From Chiloscyllium plagiosum (Eukaryota): a stretch of DNA of 64,000 nucleotides. How positions within the stretch are numbered: position 1 is the stretch's first letter; every line of letters starts with the position of its first letter. The stretch lies in NCBI RefSeq assembly GCF_004010195.1, contig NC_057718.1, positions 18,689,577-18,753,576 on the forward strand, written 5' to 3'. Position numbers and translations under genes: made by a program. Of this stretch, positions 11,181-25,737 are shown one piece after another. The notes under the pieces were generated by a model. The model saw nothing but the letters and a program-made list of their open reading frames with translations. It did no database searches and had not been told where the DNA came from.

Positions 11181-14100
11181 TATATAAGTCTGTGGGGTGA
11201 ACTTGCATTTGCAGAATTGCATTTGCAGATACATTATATTTTGTTCAAAAAGCACACAATCTGTAGGCAGTGACATTGTATAAATTCCTACTTTGGAAGT
11301 AGAACCAGTCTAACTCAAGACTGGAATATAGACAGACTCTAACCTCACACCTTTAATGCATTGTCTAATCTGAGATATCATCTTGTTTTTTTTTAAATAC
11401 AACCTTCAGTTATCTCGAGAATGTGACTTGATAGAAGTTTTGGGATTTACATATTAATGAATCAAAACCTGCAACCCATTCTAAAAGATGAAAGACTTCA
11501 CAGCAATCTAGGTTTGTTCAATATATTGCATCAGTTGCATGATACTGTGTTCTTTTGCTATAAACTTTGTGGCCTTTGATCCTGCTCCACTAGCTACCTG
11601 ATGAAGGAGCACATACTGAAAGCGTGTACTTCTAAATAAACCTGTTGGACTATAACCTGGTGTTGTATGATTTTTAAAATTAGGAAGGTTTACAAAGAGG
11701 AATTAATTGTTTTCATGGAATGAAAACATAAATTTAAGAACATTAGAAAAAAATTATACTTGGTTAACATGTGGAATTTTATGTCAACAATCATTGATGA
11801 AACAGAGACCAAAATTTTTTGTGATTTAAGTAAGTGATTATATAAAAGGCAGCATTGTAGAGTTAGCAACAAAAACAAATGAGAGGAGTAAATATCACAG
11901 ACAGAGAATAACATCAGCACAGATTTGCTGAGTCACAGTCTGTTCTTGAATATTCTGAGGCTGACAGGTCTAGTTTTACAAAAAATAACCAACTGAGATG
12001 AAACATTTAACTTCTTTCCACTTTCCATGGATGTTGCCTGACCATCTGAGTATTTCCTGCTTGTTCTGTTTTACTTCTGATCTCCAGCATCTGTGGTATT
12101 TTGGACAGGTTCAATCGTGTTATCTTTGTATGCGATGTGATTGGTACTGCCTTTGCCTCTGCAATAACTCTCCCTGAACTTCAGAAAGTAATTCATGGCA
12201 TAAAGCCCTTTGGGACACGCTGGCATTAAAACACTGTCTAAATAGAAGTGGTATTCTTACAATTATTTAAGTTGATTGCTCATGTAGTAATGGTGTCTTC
12301 AGCTTGATGATAGGAAAAAATATCAGTGAAGAGATTAATTCATAGCAGGTTGCTGAAGATGCGGTGAATAATACACACTGTTAAAGGAAGCGTTCAATAA
12401 GGATGAATGTTTAGCAAGCAAAGTCAACAATCTGCCTAAACTAGAAATTTCAAAAGCAAAGAACATCTTCAACAGAAAGGGTCCAAATTCTAGGAGTCCC
12501 ACTCCACTGATATATGGCAAAGAAATCATTTTCTTCAAAGGCACTTCAATGACATTTTCCATTTAGAAGGACAACGACAGCAGATGTATGTCCAAATAAA
12601 ATTGCACTCACTAATCTCACTGTGAACCTTAAAGACAACTGGGGCAAACTCCTAGAACTGCCTCCCCAACTGTGCTGTGGAAGAATCTTCACATATAGGG
12701 TGTAACAATCTTTTAGTCACAATGTCCCAAGTGAAAGTTTTTGGCAGACCCAGACAAACATGGAAAACAACATATACAACTGCAACTTGTTTTACAACTA
12801 CTCTGCAGTTCCCCATCTTACCAGGATTGCTCATTTGCCATTTTCAGTGATGGTCACTAATTGGCAGTCTGGAGCAAAAATATTGGGTGAGGAGTTGGCT
12901 CAAGACACTGAGGACATTTGCAGGACTGTGACTGCTAACATGGTTAACATTGATTCCTGTTTGAAACTGAGTTAGCCAAACTAGACAACTCGTTGTCACT
13001 GCCTTTATTCATGTGTGGTTTTAGTTACAGCCAGATGAGGAGGGAGGTATTGGTACCCTTCTTGTTAAACCCCTCTCAGCTGACTGCAACAATTGTTTTT
13101 ACTTTCTTTTCAGTGTGTTGCTATCACTCTTTAAATAAACTTTAGTTAACGGAGTTTTAATATTTTAATATGATACTAAAGATAGTATTATTACATAATA
13201 TTTAAAAACTAAATTGAAGGTGCCAATTCCAAAGTTTTCTTGAGTGAAAAAAAGAGGAATTTAGTTACCTGCTACCCCAAATAAAAAGAAAAATGACACC
13301 AGACTACATATATATTGGTTATGAATTTAAAAAGATTGGTGGGAGGAGAGGATGTCTCGTACAAACAGGAAGATGAAAACACATACAATTTATAGTTCTT
13401 TGAGGTCTTGAGTATGAGACTGAAACGTCAGTCCACAATGATTTAGCTGTCATTTTATTTCCACATTTGTGGTGAAATTTGTAGAATTCTCAGGTCTACG
13501 TAAATGGTTACTTTCCAAAGTTGCTTTTACATCACTGCTTCTTTTGAGTGATGGTAAGGTACAGGAGGAGACAATGAGTTTCAGCTCTTTCAGCAAATTC
13601 ATTTTTAATTCCTTTTCTCTCCCTCTTGCTCAAAAGCAGCTGCTGAAATAGAGTTCATTTGTGTATTCAGAGCCCATCTTCATTATTTTTGCCAAGTTGA
13701 ATACACTTGGCAACATTTCACCTTCCAAAACATTAACTCATGCCAATGTGAACAAAACAGGAAACAAATTGCTTGATGTTGACATAGTTGCTTGTTTTCA
13801 CTGAATTTGGGCAAAACTGTCATTTCAGCGCAGCCAATTTAGTGTATTCCATGTGAGTTCTCTGGACTTGCCTCAATCTGGAGATCACATGAGCTATTTT
13901 AAGTCAACGTTTGTCCTTTTATCAAAATCACTTTAGTTTGTGAAGATTTCAGGTATTAAAACAGATATTGAAAGGTGAATATTGATAGTCTATTTTTGTG
14001 ATTACCATAAATTTCAATTCAGAAAGCAAAATCTAAACTCATTCTGTTGCACTACTATAGCTTAAAAAGAGTGAGTAATGGTACCACATGGAAGATGCTG

Positions 14101-15440
14101 AAGGAAGGAGAAGTATCTTATTTGAACCAGTTGTATATTTTTTCTCTTACTTCTGGCCTTATTCGCACAGTTTCCAATGGAGAGACTTGCAGATGGCAGG
14201 GAGCCAAGATTAGCAAGCAATTTAGCTGACATCAGATACTACTGCCAAAACCAAGATATTGGGACACCATAATTTATGTGAATTACCAATGTTCTTCACC
14301 TGTGTTTCTTCAAAAACGTTCTTAGAAAAAATTGCTTTGTCTTGAGTCTCTCTCTCACTCTCTCTCTCCCTCAGCGGAATGCGGAGAAATATCATTTTCC
14401 CCTTTCTTTGGATTCAGTTGGAAATTATAACAAAACATTTGCCCCATAACTCCCCCCCCCCCCCCACCCTCAATATTCCTCAGTTTTGAACTGCACCCAT
14501 ATGAAAGGAAAAAAAATATACAACTACCTATCCAAGCTATTGAATTGTTCAGCTGAAGGAAAAAGTGATGCAACATGCATTTTGCTGGTGCCTTTCACAA
14601 CAACCTCAGGACATTCCAAAATGTTTTGCATGACTTTCGAAGTGAAGGTGTCATTGTTATGAAGGGCAGCCAATTTACACACAGCAATGAGATTAATGAC
14701 TAAAAGATACCTACTTGCAATGTTCATGAGGGGAAAACCTCCCTGCTCTAATTCTAAACACTCCTTTTTACTGACCAGCTGAGTGAGCAGGCATAGCCTC
14801 AGTTGAATAGCCCCCCTAAAAGGTTGAACCTTCCTGAAAAAGACTTGAACCTACAATCCAACATGCTCTGTAGCTCACACCCACATTTGTTAAATCTCCT
14901 GTATGTCACTTTTCACTTAAAATCTTATTTTCACTTTAACAAATCCGTAGACAGCCAAACATAGGGTTTCCACATCCAGACTCCATGAAGCTGTAGCACC
15001 ATGGAAGCTCTTCCAGTGGCTGAGCCCTCTCAATCAGCCAGATATATTCTTTAAGTAGACATTGTTAAATTGAATCTTTTGTCAAAAGCATGTGTTTTAT
15101 TAAATATTTGAACACTAGACAGCAAATTATAACAAAACATTTAGCATACCTAATCTTTCCCCGTAGCTAAAATCCTTTACATCCTTGTAAATCTGTTTTG
15201 TAACTTCTCTCGTATAGTCACACTATCTAAAAGGATTAGATATGAGAAAACAGGAAAGTCAAGCGTGTTTTGCTTTCAAACAAAATGGATTACAAAAATG
15301 AATTATTTCTTTACTGAAGGTTTTTGTGATCTCCTAGGTCAATTTCTCATTCAGATGTACAAATTTGTTCAAACAATCACAAAGATTGTTGCCACAAAGC
15401 AACATTGAAACATTAGTTAAAGAGACCATTTGGCCTATCA

Positions 15441-15743
15441 TGATTAGATTAGATTAGATTAGATTACTTACAGTGTGGCCCTTCGGCCCAACAAGTCCAC
15501 ACCGACCCGCCAAAGCGCAACCTACCCAGACCCATTCCCCTACATTTATCCCTTCACCTAACACTACGGGCAATTTAGCATGGCCAATTCACCTAACCTG
15601 CACATTTTTGGTCTGTGGGAGGAAACCGGACATGGGGAGAATGTGCAAACTCCACACACAGTCAGTCACCTGAAGCGGGAATTGAACCCGGGTCTCTGGT
15701 GCTGTGAGGCAGCAGTGCTAACCACTGTGCCACCGTGCCGCCC
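15441..15743 (-). mobile_element. HE1-like tRNA-derived SINE
   Basis: Minus strand GGGCGGCACGGTGGCACAGTGGTTAGCACTGCTGCCTCAC (A box), GGTTCAATTCCC (B box), V-SINE core GGAGTTTGCACATTCTCCCC, (TAATC)n tail. Confidence 0.9.
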
Positions 15744-18329
15744 CTGTGCAGTCTGGGAAAAAACCTAATGCCACTTTCCAGCTTGTGGTCCATAGCCCTG
15801 TAGATTACAGCACTTCAAGTGAACATTCAAACGAGTTCTGAACATGATGAAGATGCCCATTACCCTCTGGATGAAAAAAAAATCATCTCAACTGCCCTCC
15901 AATCTTGCCATCAATTACTTTAAAATGACAGTCTCCTTCTGGTTAATCACTTCTCTTAATAAATTAAGTCTTTTAACCTCATCCATCCAGGTCCATCAAG
16001 GTTTTAGAAAACTCAGTCAAATCTTCCCATAATCACCTCTATTCCAAAGAAAACAACCTAGCATACCTAATCTTTCCTCGTAGCTAAAATCCTTTACATC
16101 CTTGTAAATCTGTTTTGTAACTTCTCTCGTATAGTCACACCCTTCTTGTAATGCAGTGACCAGAGTTGTACACATTAATGCATTTGTGGAGTAACTAGTA
16201 TTCTATACAGTTCTAGCATTACCGTCCCCGTCCTCATAGTCTATGCCTCAACTCAAAGAAGAGTAAGCTGTATATCTGTACTGTACCCCTCAAACTTTGG
16301 TGCATTTGTTGCACTTTCTAGAATCTTCCAGCACATTTGGTGCTCTCTTATTCTTTGTACATTACTTTAACTAATATGCAGAGAATGGCCTGACATTTGT
16401 CAGGCAAAACAGAAATTAATTTCTTTGCAAAAGTGTTGCAATCTCCAGCTTCCTCTAAGTGTCTACTTCTATAACATGCTGCTAAAAGGTCATTTCAAGT
16501 ATTGAACCACAAAGCACTGACAGGAAACATTAAGTGTACATGATGATGAATTATATATGTCGATGTTATTAACTTTAAGCTGAGCTTTGACCCAATCCAG
16601 CAGTAGATACTCTTTCGAATATTAAGGACGGGCAAGGTGTTGAAAGAGTTTTTTGTACAATATTAAATGGAACACCATATGCATATCAAATTCACAAAAT
16701 GCCTTAAAATAAATGTCAAGGTGAAGCAGGTCTGTCCAAAGCCAGCTTATTTATTCAAAGGTAATAGTCAAAATGCTAATGGGTATGAGCAATATTCCAG
16801 TTTGCAGGCAACACCGCATTGGTGGTGGTCGATGGTGACCCACAGATTAGCACTCTCACAGTCAGCAATGCACGTAGCAATTTCAGATTCCATAACAAAA
16901 TTCCAATGATGGACCTGCATCCCCTCCGTCTTCATGCCCCTGCACCACCAGTTGTTATACTCCTAAAGTGGTATACTCACAGCAATTATGCTGAAGCTTC
17001 AACAGCTTTTATAGTTCATTGGGCTAAAGGGATGAAGTAGTATGGGGAGAAAGTGGAGACAGGGCATGGTGTTGGCTGATCAGCCATGAATATTGTGAAT
17101 GAAGGAGCAGGTTCGAAGGGCCAAAAGACCCACTCCTGCTCCTACCTTCAATGTTTTGAAGGTTTCTACAAGAGTGTAGTAGCTGCAACTGCAAGGAAAT
17201 TCAGGGATCAGAGTACACAGGTGGATGACTGATCATGCATGATCACCTTCCAATGGTACATCCTGCTCATCCTTCATTTCCTTTCTGCTGATGCGGCCAG
17301 GTTTCTATCTTGGTTGAAGGTGCCATTGTAGACACCAGGATGGTGAAATGAGGAGAGATCTGTTCATGTGGGCCTGTTCACTAAGAGAGCCAGGAACCAA
17401 CAGGAGCGATCTGTGTCTTCATTGCTCGGCAGGATGAAGTGGAGGAGCAGGTTACCACAGTTGACACACTCCCTGTCATTTCCATATTCATTGATGTCTA
17501 TGAACGAGAGAATGAAAGTCATGGTATTTCCTGAAACAGTCAGTCTATTCACATCATTAGGTACTGATTCAACATTATAAATGGAAAAAATCTACCACAT
17601 AGTTCAGAAAATTTTAGTTTTATAAGTTGAAGAAAGTTGTTATATTCAAAACACTAGAACTGCAGAGTTGGTAGCATTTTGGGAGAGAAAAACAAAGTTA
17701 ACATTTCAGGCTTGTGACATTTCTTCAGGACTGGGTAAAGTTAGAAATGTGATAGGTTTTGAACAAGTGAATGGGATGAATGGTACCAAGCAGAATATAA
17801 AGTGTGAAATACAGGAGAGATTAAATGACAAAGGATTTCATGATACAAAAGCCAAGTGTACTGGTAATGGGAAAAGAAAAGGTGTGTTTGGAGGATGTAT
17901 GAATGCCAGGGCACAGCATGGCTAAAATTTGAAAGCCAGAAAAATAGGAGAAAATTTTAAAAGCAGCAAAGAAAAACAATTCAAAATTGATGCAGAATGG
18001 TGATTTTACTTTTGAGTTCAGAACATTGGATATAGTTCCCAGAAGAAAATGGAGGTTGTTCCTCTCAATACTGCACTGAGCGTCACTGGTGCACAGCAGG
18101 AGGCTAAGAGCAGAACGATCAGAGTGGGAGAGCTGGAGAATTAAAATGAGCTGGGAGAGTGTCTGACATCTTGTACAATGAGATGATAAAGTAGGTGTTC
18201 TGTCTCCTTTACTTGCACAGAAAGTCACAGGAAAAAGGTGGAGTATTTGTATGAAAATAAAACTGCATTTCATCCAGAAATTGAAAACCATTTAGGAAAC
18301 CTGAAGTCAAGTCTATCAGCTTGAAGTCA

Positions 18330-18731
18330 ATGGGTACTGGGGGAAAGGTCCTCATTGGTTGAAGTGACATTTAGCATCAAGTATGATAGTTGTGTTTGTT
18401 GGAGGTTAATCATCTCAGCCCCAGAGGCTATCATTATGGGAGTTCCTCTGGGTAATGGGCTAGGTCCAATCATTTTCAAATGTCTTGTCAATGATCTTCC
18501 CTTCACCTTAAGTTCAGAAGTGGAGATGTTTACTGATGATCGCACAACATTCAACACCACATGCAACTCTTCATATAATGAAGCAGCCCATGTCGAATGC
18601 AGCAAATCCTGGATAGCATTCAAGCTTGGGCTGAAAAATGGCAATTAACATTCACACCACACAAGGCCAGGCAATGACCATCTCCAACAAGAGAAACTCT
18701 AACCATCTTCCCTTGACATCAGTAGCACTGT
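18330..18731 (+). mobile_element. L2-type LINE RT fragment (5' part, split by a PLE)
   Basis: GVPLG..LGPIIFKCLVNDLP..EVEMFTDD; continues at about 22480. Confidence 0.82.
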
Positions 18732-21700
18732 GGCAAAAGTGAGGACTGAAGATGCTGGAGCTCAAAGTGGAGAGTGTGGTGCAGGAAAAGCACAGCAGGT
18801 CAGGCAGCAGGCGATACGCAGGAGAGTCGATGTTTCGGGCAAAAGTTCTTCATCAGGAATGAGGCTTGTGAGACAATAGACAATAGGTGCAGGAGTAGGC
18901 CATTCTGCCCTTCGAGCCTGCACCACCATTCATTATGATCATGGCTGATCATCCTCAATAAGTATCCTGTTCCTGCCTTATCTCCATAACCCTTGATTCC
19001 ACTATCCTTGAGAGCTCTATCCAACTCTTTCTTAAACAAATCCAGAGACTGGGCCTCCACTGCCCTCTGGGGCAGAGCATTCCACACACACACCACTCTG
19101 TGGGTGAAGACGTTTCTCCTCATCTCTGTCCTAAATGGTCTACCCCGTATTTTTAAGCTATGTCCTNNNNNNNNNNNNNNNNNNNNNNNNNNNNNNNNNN
19201 NNNNNNNNNNNNNNNNNNNNNNNNNNNNNNNNNNNNNNNNNNNNNNNNNNNNNNNNNNNNNNNNNNNNNNNNNNNNNNNNNNNNNNNNNNNNNNNNNNNN
19301 NNNNNNNNNNNNNNNNNNNNNNNNNNNNNNNNNNNNNNNNNNNNNNNNNNNNNNNNNNNNNNNNNNNNNNNNNNNNNNNNNNNNNNNNNNNNNNNNNNNN
19401 NNNNNNNNNNNNNNNNNNNNNNNNNNNNNNNNNNNNNNNNNNNNNNNNNNNNNNNNNNNNNNNNNNNNNNNNNNNNNNNNNNNNNNNNNNNNNNNNNNNN
19501 NNNNNNNNNNNNNNNNNNNNNNNNNNNNNNNNNNNNNNNNNNNNNNNNNNNNNNNNTATCATCTTCTATATCATTAATATATATTGTAAAAAGCTGTGGT
19601 CCCAGCACTGATCCCTGTGGTACCCCACTGGTCACTGCCTGCCATTCCGAAAGGGAGCCGTTTATCACTACTCTTTGTTTCCTGTCAGCCAACCAATTTT
19701 CAATCCAAGTCAGTACTTTGCCCCCAATACCATGCGCCCTAATTTTGCTCACTAACCTCCTATGTGGGACTTTATCAAAGGCTTTCTGAAAGTCCAGGTA
19801 CACTACATCCACTGGATCTCCCTTGTCCATCTTCAGAGTTCCATCCTCAAAAGAATCCAGAAGATTAGTCAAGCATGATTTCCCCTTCATAAATCCATGC
19901 TGACTCTGACTCTGAGCTGGGGAGTGGAGACATAAATGCGAGAGGGTGGGGCTGGGGGGAAGGTTGCTGAGAATGAAATAGATGGATGGAGGAGGGGGAA
20001 ATGGTGATAGGCTGGAGAGGAGGGTAGAGCGGATAGATAGGACGGAAGATGGACAGGTAGGACAGGTCATGAGGGCAGTGCTGAGTTGGGAGTTTGGTTC
20101 TGGGATAAGATGGGGGAGGGATGATGAGGAAACCTTTGAAATCCACATGCCATGTGGTTGGAGGGTCCCAAGGTGGGAGATGAGGCGTTCTTCCTCCAGG
20201 CGTCGGGTTGTTGGGGAGTGGCGATGGAGGAGGCTTAGGACCTGCACATCCTTGGCAAAGTTGGAGGGGGAATTGAAGTGTTCAGCCACGGGGCGGTGGG
20301 ATTGGTTGGTGCGGAGATGTTCTCTGAAGCGCTCTACAAGTAGGCGACCACATCGGGAGCAACAGATACAGTAAGTGACATGTGTGGAAGTGCAGGTGAA
20401 ACTCTGATGGATGTGGAAGGCTCCTTTGGGGCCTTGGATGGAGGTGAGGGGGAGATGTGAGTGCAGATTTTGCAATTCCTGCAGTGGCAGGGGAAGGTGC
20501 TAGGAGGGAAGAGTGAGTTATTGGGGGGCGTGGACCTCAAGAGAGTTGCAAAAGAGAGTTGCAAAGGGAATGGTCTTTGCGGAAAGTGAATAGGGATGGA
20601 GAGGGAAATATATCTCTGGTGGTGGAGTCTGTTCGTAGGTGGAATAAATGGTGGAGGATGTGCAATGTTTACAGAGATTGGTGGGGTGGAAGGTGAGGAC
20701 CAGGTGGGTTCTGGCCTTGTTGCAGTTGGAGGGGTAGAGTGTGAGGACGGAGGTGTGGGAAGTGATTGAGATATGCTGGAGGGCACCATGGACTACATGG
20801 GATAGGAAATTGCAGTCTTTGAAGATGGAGGCCATCTGTTGTGTTCTGTGGTGGAACTGGATCTCCTAGGAACAGATGCAGTGGAGGTGGAGTAATTGTG
20901 AATAAGGGATAACGTTTTTACAGGAGGCAGGGTGGGAGGAGGTGTAGTCCAGGTAGCTGTGGGAGTCGGTGGGTTTGTAAAAGATGTTCATGTTGATTTG
21001 GTCACCGCTGATGAAGATGGAGAGGTCCAGGAAGGGGAGGGACCTGTCTGTGATGTCCAGGTGAATCTAAGGTCGGGGTGAAATGTGTTGGTGAAGTTGA
21101 TGAACTGCTCAATCTCCTCGTGGGAGCACGAAGTGGCGCCGATACAGTCATCAATGTAGCGGAGGAACAGGTGGGGAATGGTGCTGGTATGGTGCCGATT
21201 GTTCCACGTGACTGACAAAGAGACAGGCATAGCTGGGGTACATGTGAGTGTCCATGGCTACCCCTTTCATCTGGAGGAAGTGGGAGAATTCAAAGGAGAA
21301 ATTATTGAGGATGAGGACCAGTTCAGCCAAATGCATTAGAGTGTCAGTGGGGAGGTTGAGAGAGGAAGAAACGGAGGAGTTGGAGGCTCTGGTCATGGCA
21401 GATGGTGATGTATAGGGACTGGATGTTCATGGTGAAAATGAGGCATTTGGGGCCGGGGAAATGATTGTCTTGGAGGAGGTGGAGAACATGGGTGGTGTCC
21501 CAAACATACATGGGGAGTTTCTGGGCCAGTATTGAGGTAGGTGGAGATGGGTTCAGTGGGGCAGGACCAGGCTGAGATGATGGGTTGGCTGGGGTAGTCA
21601 GACTTGTGGATTTTGGGTTGGAGGTAGAACCCAGGCAGCACAGGGTTCCTGAACTATGAGGTTGGAAGATGTAGGTGGGAGAGCCCCGGAGGTGATGAGG

Positions 21701-22479
21701 TTGTGCACGGTCTGGGAGATGATGGTTTGGTGATGCGGGGTGAGGTCAAGGGGGCAATAGGTGGAGGGGTCTTCGAGTTGGTGCATGGCTCCAGTGGTAT
21801 AGAGGTCAGTGCACCAAGCTACCACTCTGCCCCCACTAAACACCAACCTCCCCCACCCCCTCCCCCCACCACCACCACCACTGCTTTGTCTGCTGGTTTG
21901 ATGGTGAGGTTGGGCTTGGAATGAAGGCAGTGAAGGGCTGCACGCTGTGAGAATGAGAGGTTGGAGTTGGTGAGGGGGGTTGACAGGTTGAGGCAGTCAA
22001 TGTCCCAGCGACAGTTTGAAATAAAGAGATCGAGGGCAAGTTATAGACTAGCACAGGGTGTCCAGGTGGATGGGGTGTGTTGGACGCGGGTGAATGGGTC
22101 CTCAGAAAGTGGGCAGGAGTCTTGATGGAAAAAGTAAGCTTGGAGATGGAGGCAGTGGAAGAAATGTTCACAGTTGCAACGTGTGTTGAATTCGTTGATC
22201 CTGGAGCGGAGGGGGATGAAGGTAAGGCCTTTGCTGAGGACTGATCCATTGTCCTCAGTGAGGGGGAGGTCTGGGGTAGTGAAAACTCAGCAGGGCTGGA
22301 GCTGGGAGTGGGGATGGAGACTTTTACTGGAGTGGGTGTGGTAGTCAAGAGACTGAGTGTGACATCACTCTGGGCGTCCCGGGGGTTGGAGGTGATGCCT
22401 GTGGGATCCTCGAGGGTGGAAGTGGCATAACACATGGCGATTCTGTCGGCAGTGTTCAGGTCAGTGGCATCAGTCCGGG
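18732..22479 (-). mobile_element. Long Penelope-like element (RT and GIY-YIG), decayed
   Basis: FYLQPKIHK..PIIS, LAELVLILNNFSF..FLQMKGVAM, FLRYIDD and GIY-YIG remnants; pLTR at 18732-18870; degenerate TSD CAG(T/A)AGCA(C/T)TGT at 18720-18731 and 22480-22491. Confidence 0.92.
18871..19912 (-). mobile_element. Younger 5'-truncated CR1/HER1 LINE nested in the PLE
   Basis: Clean SQHGFMKGKSCLTNLL..VYLDFQKAFDKVPH..SGVPQGSVLGPQLFTIYIND; 3' end MRRNVFTHRVV..WNALP and (CTATTGT)n tail. Confidence 0.93.
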
Positions 22480-23170
22480 CAGAAGCATTGTCACCACGGA
22501 ATTCAACACAATCATAATGCTAGAGGTTACAATCGAGCAGGAATTGAACTGGACCTGACATATACATACTGTAGATATAAGAGCAGGTCAGAGACTAAGA
22601 ATTCTGCTGGGAGTAATTGACCTGCTGTCTCCCCAAAGCTTGTCCACTATCTATATAGCACAAGTCAGAAAGGTGAGAGGATACCGTCCTCTTGCCTGGA
22701 TGAGTGCAGCTCCAACAACACTCAAGAAGCTCCACAATGTCTAGGACAAATTGTACCCTGGTACGCCATCCACCATCTTCATGTTTCACTCTCTCCAGCA
22801 CTGTTGCATGGTATCAGTATCCATATGTACCATCTACTTTATGCACTGCAGGAACACTCAAACCTCTTTCACCAACACCTTCCAAGCCCATGAATTTTGT
22901 GATCTAGAAAGACCAAGGCAGCAAATACAGAGGGACAGCACCACCTATAAATTCCCTTCCAAGTTACACACCATCCTGATCATGAGTTAGACTGCCATTT
23001 CTTCAGTGTCTCTGAGTCAAACTTCTTCCCCAACAGCACCTTGGGTATACTGGCACCAAATGGACTACAACTGTTCAAGAAGGAAACTCACCACCACCTT
23101 CTTCATTCAGGATGGGAAACAAATGCTGGCCTAACCAGTGATATCAACAACCCGTGAATAAATAATTTAA
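22480..23170 (+). mobile_element. L2 LINE 3' part
   Basis: Homologous to 36350-37010; ends AAATGCTGGCC...GTGAATAAATAA. Confidence 0.8.
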
Positions 23171-25604
23171 AAAACTTGTGGCTTCAAGCACACCTGACAC
23201 GAGAATTCATTACTCACTAAAATGGTTCCAATTAGTTAGGCACATCAAACACAGGGGAACCATAGAAGCATATAGCAGTAGGGGTCTATTCAGCTCATGA
23301 TGTTAGGCCTGTGACAGATGCTTAGAGTGGTTCAATATCAGTTCCACCTCCTCTTTGTCTGCCATCTTCACTTACTTCAAATATTCCTCTACTTTTTTCC
23401 TGAAAAGATAACCACTGATAGAGAGAGTGATAAGACCGTTGAGTCAATAGATGATATAGCAGAAATAGTAGGCATTGATAAAAAGTCAGTGTCATTTTAA
23501 ACCAAATGTTCGTATTGGAAATGATGATGAAGGTAATAAATTATAACAGTTTTCAGATCTCAAGACAAATTATAATTCACCTAAATCCAATATTAAGAAA
23601 ACTTGCTTTATACATACTTCATAATATTGGTGAAAAGGATGGCAAAAAAATGGCTGACTAACTACAAATGGCATTATTGTCTAATTAATCATAACAATTG
23701 GCTAAATCAATCAGAAATATTGCACAGTATACTGTGTTAAATCCAGTGGAACAGAAGTGGAAAAAGTGATTTTCTGCTCAGTTGCAAAACAGCAGAGTAA
23801 TGAGAGAACTTATGTGGAGACATCTTCTTTATATACATGTTCTAAACTGCCATACAGATTGTGAGAAAGTAACTCATCCACCCAGCCAGCCATACACTCT
23901 TGATATCTTGAGTGTCACAGTGAGATACTTCTCAACCACAGGTAACTATGTAGCAATGTCTTCCAGTTCACTAACCCTAATCTGGAAGCTGTAATGAAGG
24001 GGGGGGGGGGGAAGGTGACTTTGTGCTAAATGTAGATATTAACAGTCAAGATATCACACTGTAAATGTCACATGCCTATCTAATGAGAACGTTAGGTCAG
24101 AATGAACAGCAGAACCAAAATGTCTTGAACTGACATCCCCACAAACCAACCTGAGATAACCACAGATTGAAGCTTTTAAATCCCAGCATGTTTTTGGTGT
24201 CAAACATTATGCTTTTATATCTACTCAGCATATAGGTTGTCCTTCCATTTTCAGCTATCAATGCTACCCTTGAATTAGTAATCAGGTTCAAGTTTTCATC
24301 ACAGAAATGTATATTTTCCTTATAGTACACTGTAATGTGGCACATGGATCAAGACAGTGGCATGACCTGTGTTCAAGGTTAAGATAAATCCACACAGAGC
24401 AGACTGTACATAGCATGGCCAGTAATGAGCAAAGATGGGTCTGGAAGTGTCAGAATGGTTACATTGTCTATAGAAAGGCATTGTGCATATATGCATGTAA
24501 TTGGGCCAACCCAAACCCTGGGTCCAGCAAAGATTTTGAAACGACAGTTGGTAGTGTCATGCTTTAAGCAAAAAAATGTTGCAAAAGAAGACACAAGATT
24601 GCTCAGACATTACCAAAAGCCTGTATGCTAAATTACTAGTTTCCAGTGATTCATCATCAGACAGCAGTAGAAGCCTGTTAGGTCACAATGCAGCATGGGT
24701 GAAATGCCCATGAATTTCAATACACCTAGCAGCAAAACTATGGAATGAAAATATTTGGAAATAGTTCTAATGGAACAACAGGGCAGAAGAGGATAGGATT
24801 TATGGTGTTACAGGATTCAATAGGGTGCAATAAATGTTATCATATAGCTCAAAAAATGTGAAATAGCAATGGATGCAGTGGAGTGGAATTGCTGTGGAGT
24901 AATAATTCTGATAGTTACAGTACCAAACCTAAATAGATTGGAATCCCTATGGTGATGCGATTAGCCAAAGTGACTTGGAATGAATTCAATAACTTCTTAG
25001 CACCAGACGCCAAAGACAATGAATTTGATGTTTTTAAAAATGTTTTCACTATTGTTAAATGTACCTTTGTACAATTCATTAATTCAATAAACCATGTCGC
25101 ATCAATGTAATTTGAATTGCCAGTGTTATGTTTTTCTCGCATTTCAAAATGGCAACCTTTCATATCCAATACAGCAGTTCACATTATATACACAGAACTG
25201 ACCCTTGTTTCCAGCAGGATTCTCAAAATCTTCAAATGTTGACTGATATACTGTGTTCGAAGGTACTTCATGCAGTCTAACCTGAGCATTAATTTCAACC
25301 CAAAGTATGACAATTATGCCTTAAGCAAGGATGGGCACCAATCCCTTTGGAACAGAATAATAACATGAGGGCAGAAAATAAAATGGTAAACACCCAGTGT
25401 GTGAAAGCTGGTTGGATTTCCGCGCACCAACAAACCAGCTATAGAATCTTAAGGGTTAAAATTAGAGATGGTGTTTCATTGCAGAGCATAAGGGCAAAGT
25501 GCGCATGGCAAGGGTATTTCAGACTCCTTTAGTCCCTGATGAGGATGGAGTCCCTCTAATGTAGCTGGAGCACCTGCGCAGATGGATAGTTGATGGAGTG
25601 ACCA

Positions 25605-25737
25605 ATTCCCGATGAAGGGCTTTTGCCCGAAACGTTGATTTTCCTGCTTCTCGGATGCTGCCTGACCTGCTGTGCTTTTCCAACACCACTCTAATCTTGA
25701 CTCTGATCTCCAGCATCTGCAGTCCTCACTTTCACCA
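25605..25737 (+). mobile_element. Solo PLE pLTR fragment beginning at the hammerhead motif
   Basis: ATTCCCGATGAAGGGCTTTTGCCCGAAACGTTG followed by the family 3' end CTCCAGCATCTGCAGTCCTCACTTTC. Confidence 0.85.

Larger units (their letters stand above)
9645..11675 (+). mobile_element. PLE of a second family (RT C-terminus and GIY-YIG), interrupted by a solo LTR
   Basis: RVPFIVQY, PPLLAFKQ.PN, YSCDSANVVYLIHC, LRQRMN, GEHFS, AEQRLI; decayed hammerhead CTGATGAAGGAGC..GAAAGC at 11598-11623. Confidence 0.85.

Noticed and set aside
15680..15743. tRNA-like sequence (also about 26590-26660)
   Set aside because: SINE head with A/B boxes continuing into the SINE body; not a tRNA gene.
25536..25556. CTGATGA-GGA..TCC hammerhead-like start
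   Set aside because: No downstream GAAA box or cleavage triplet.
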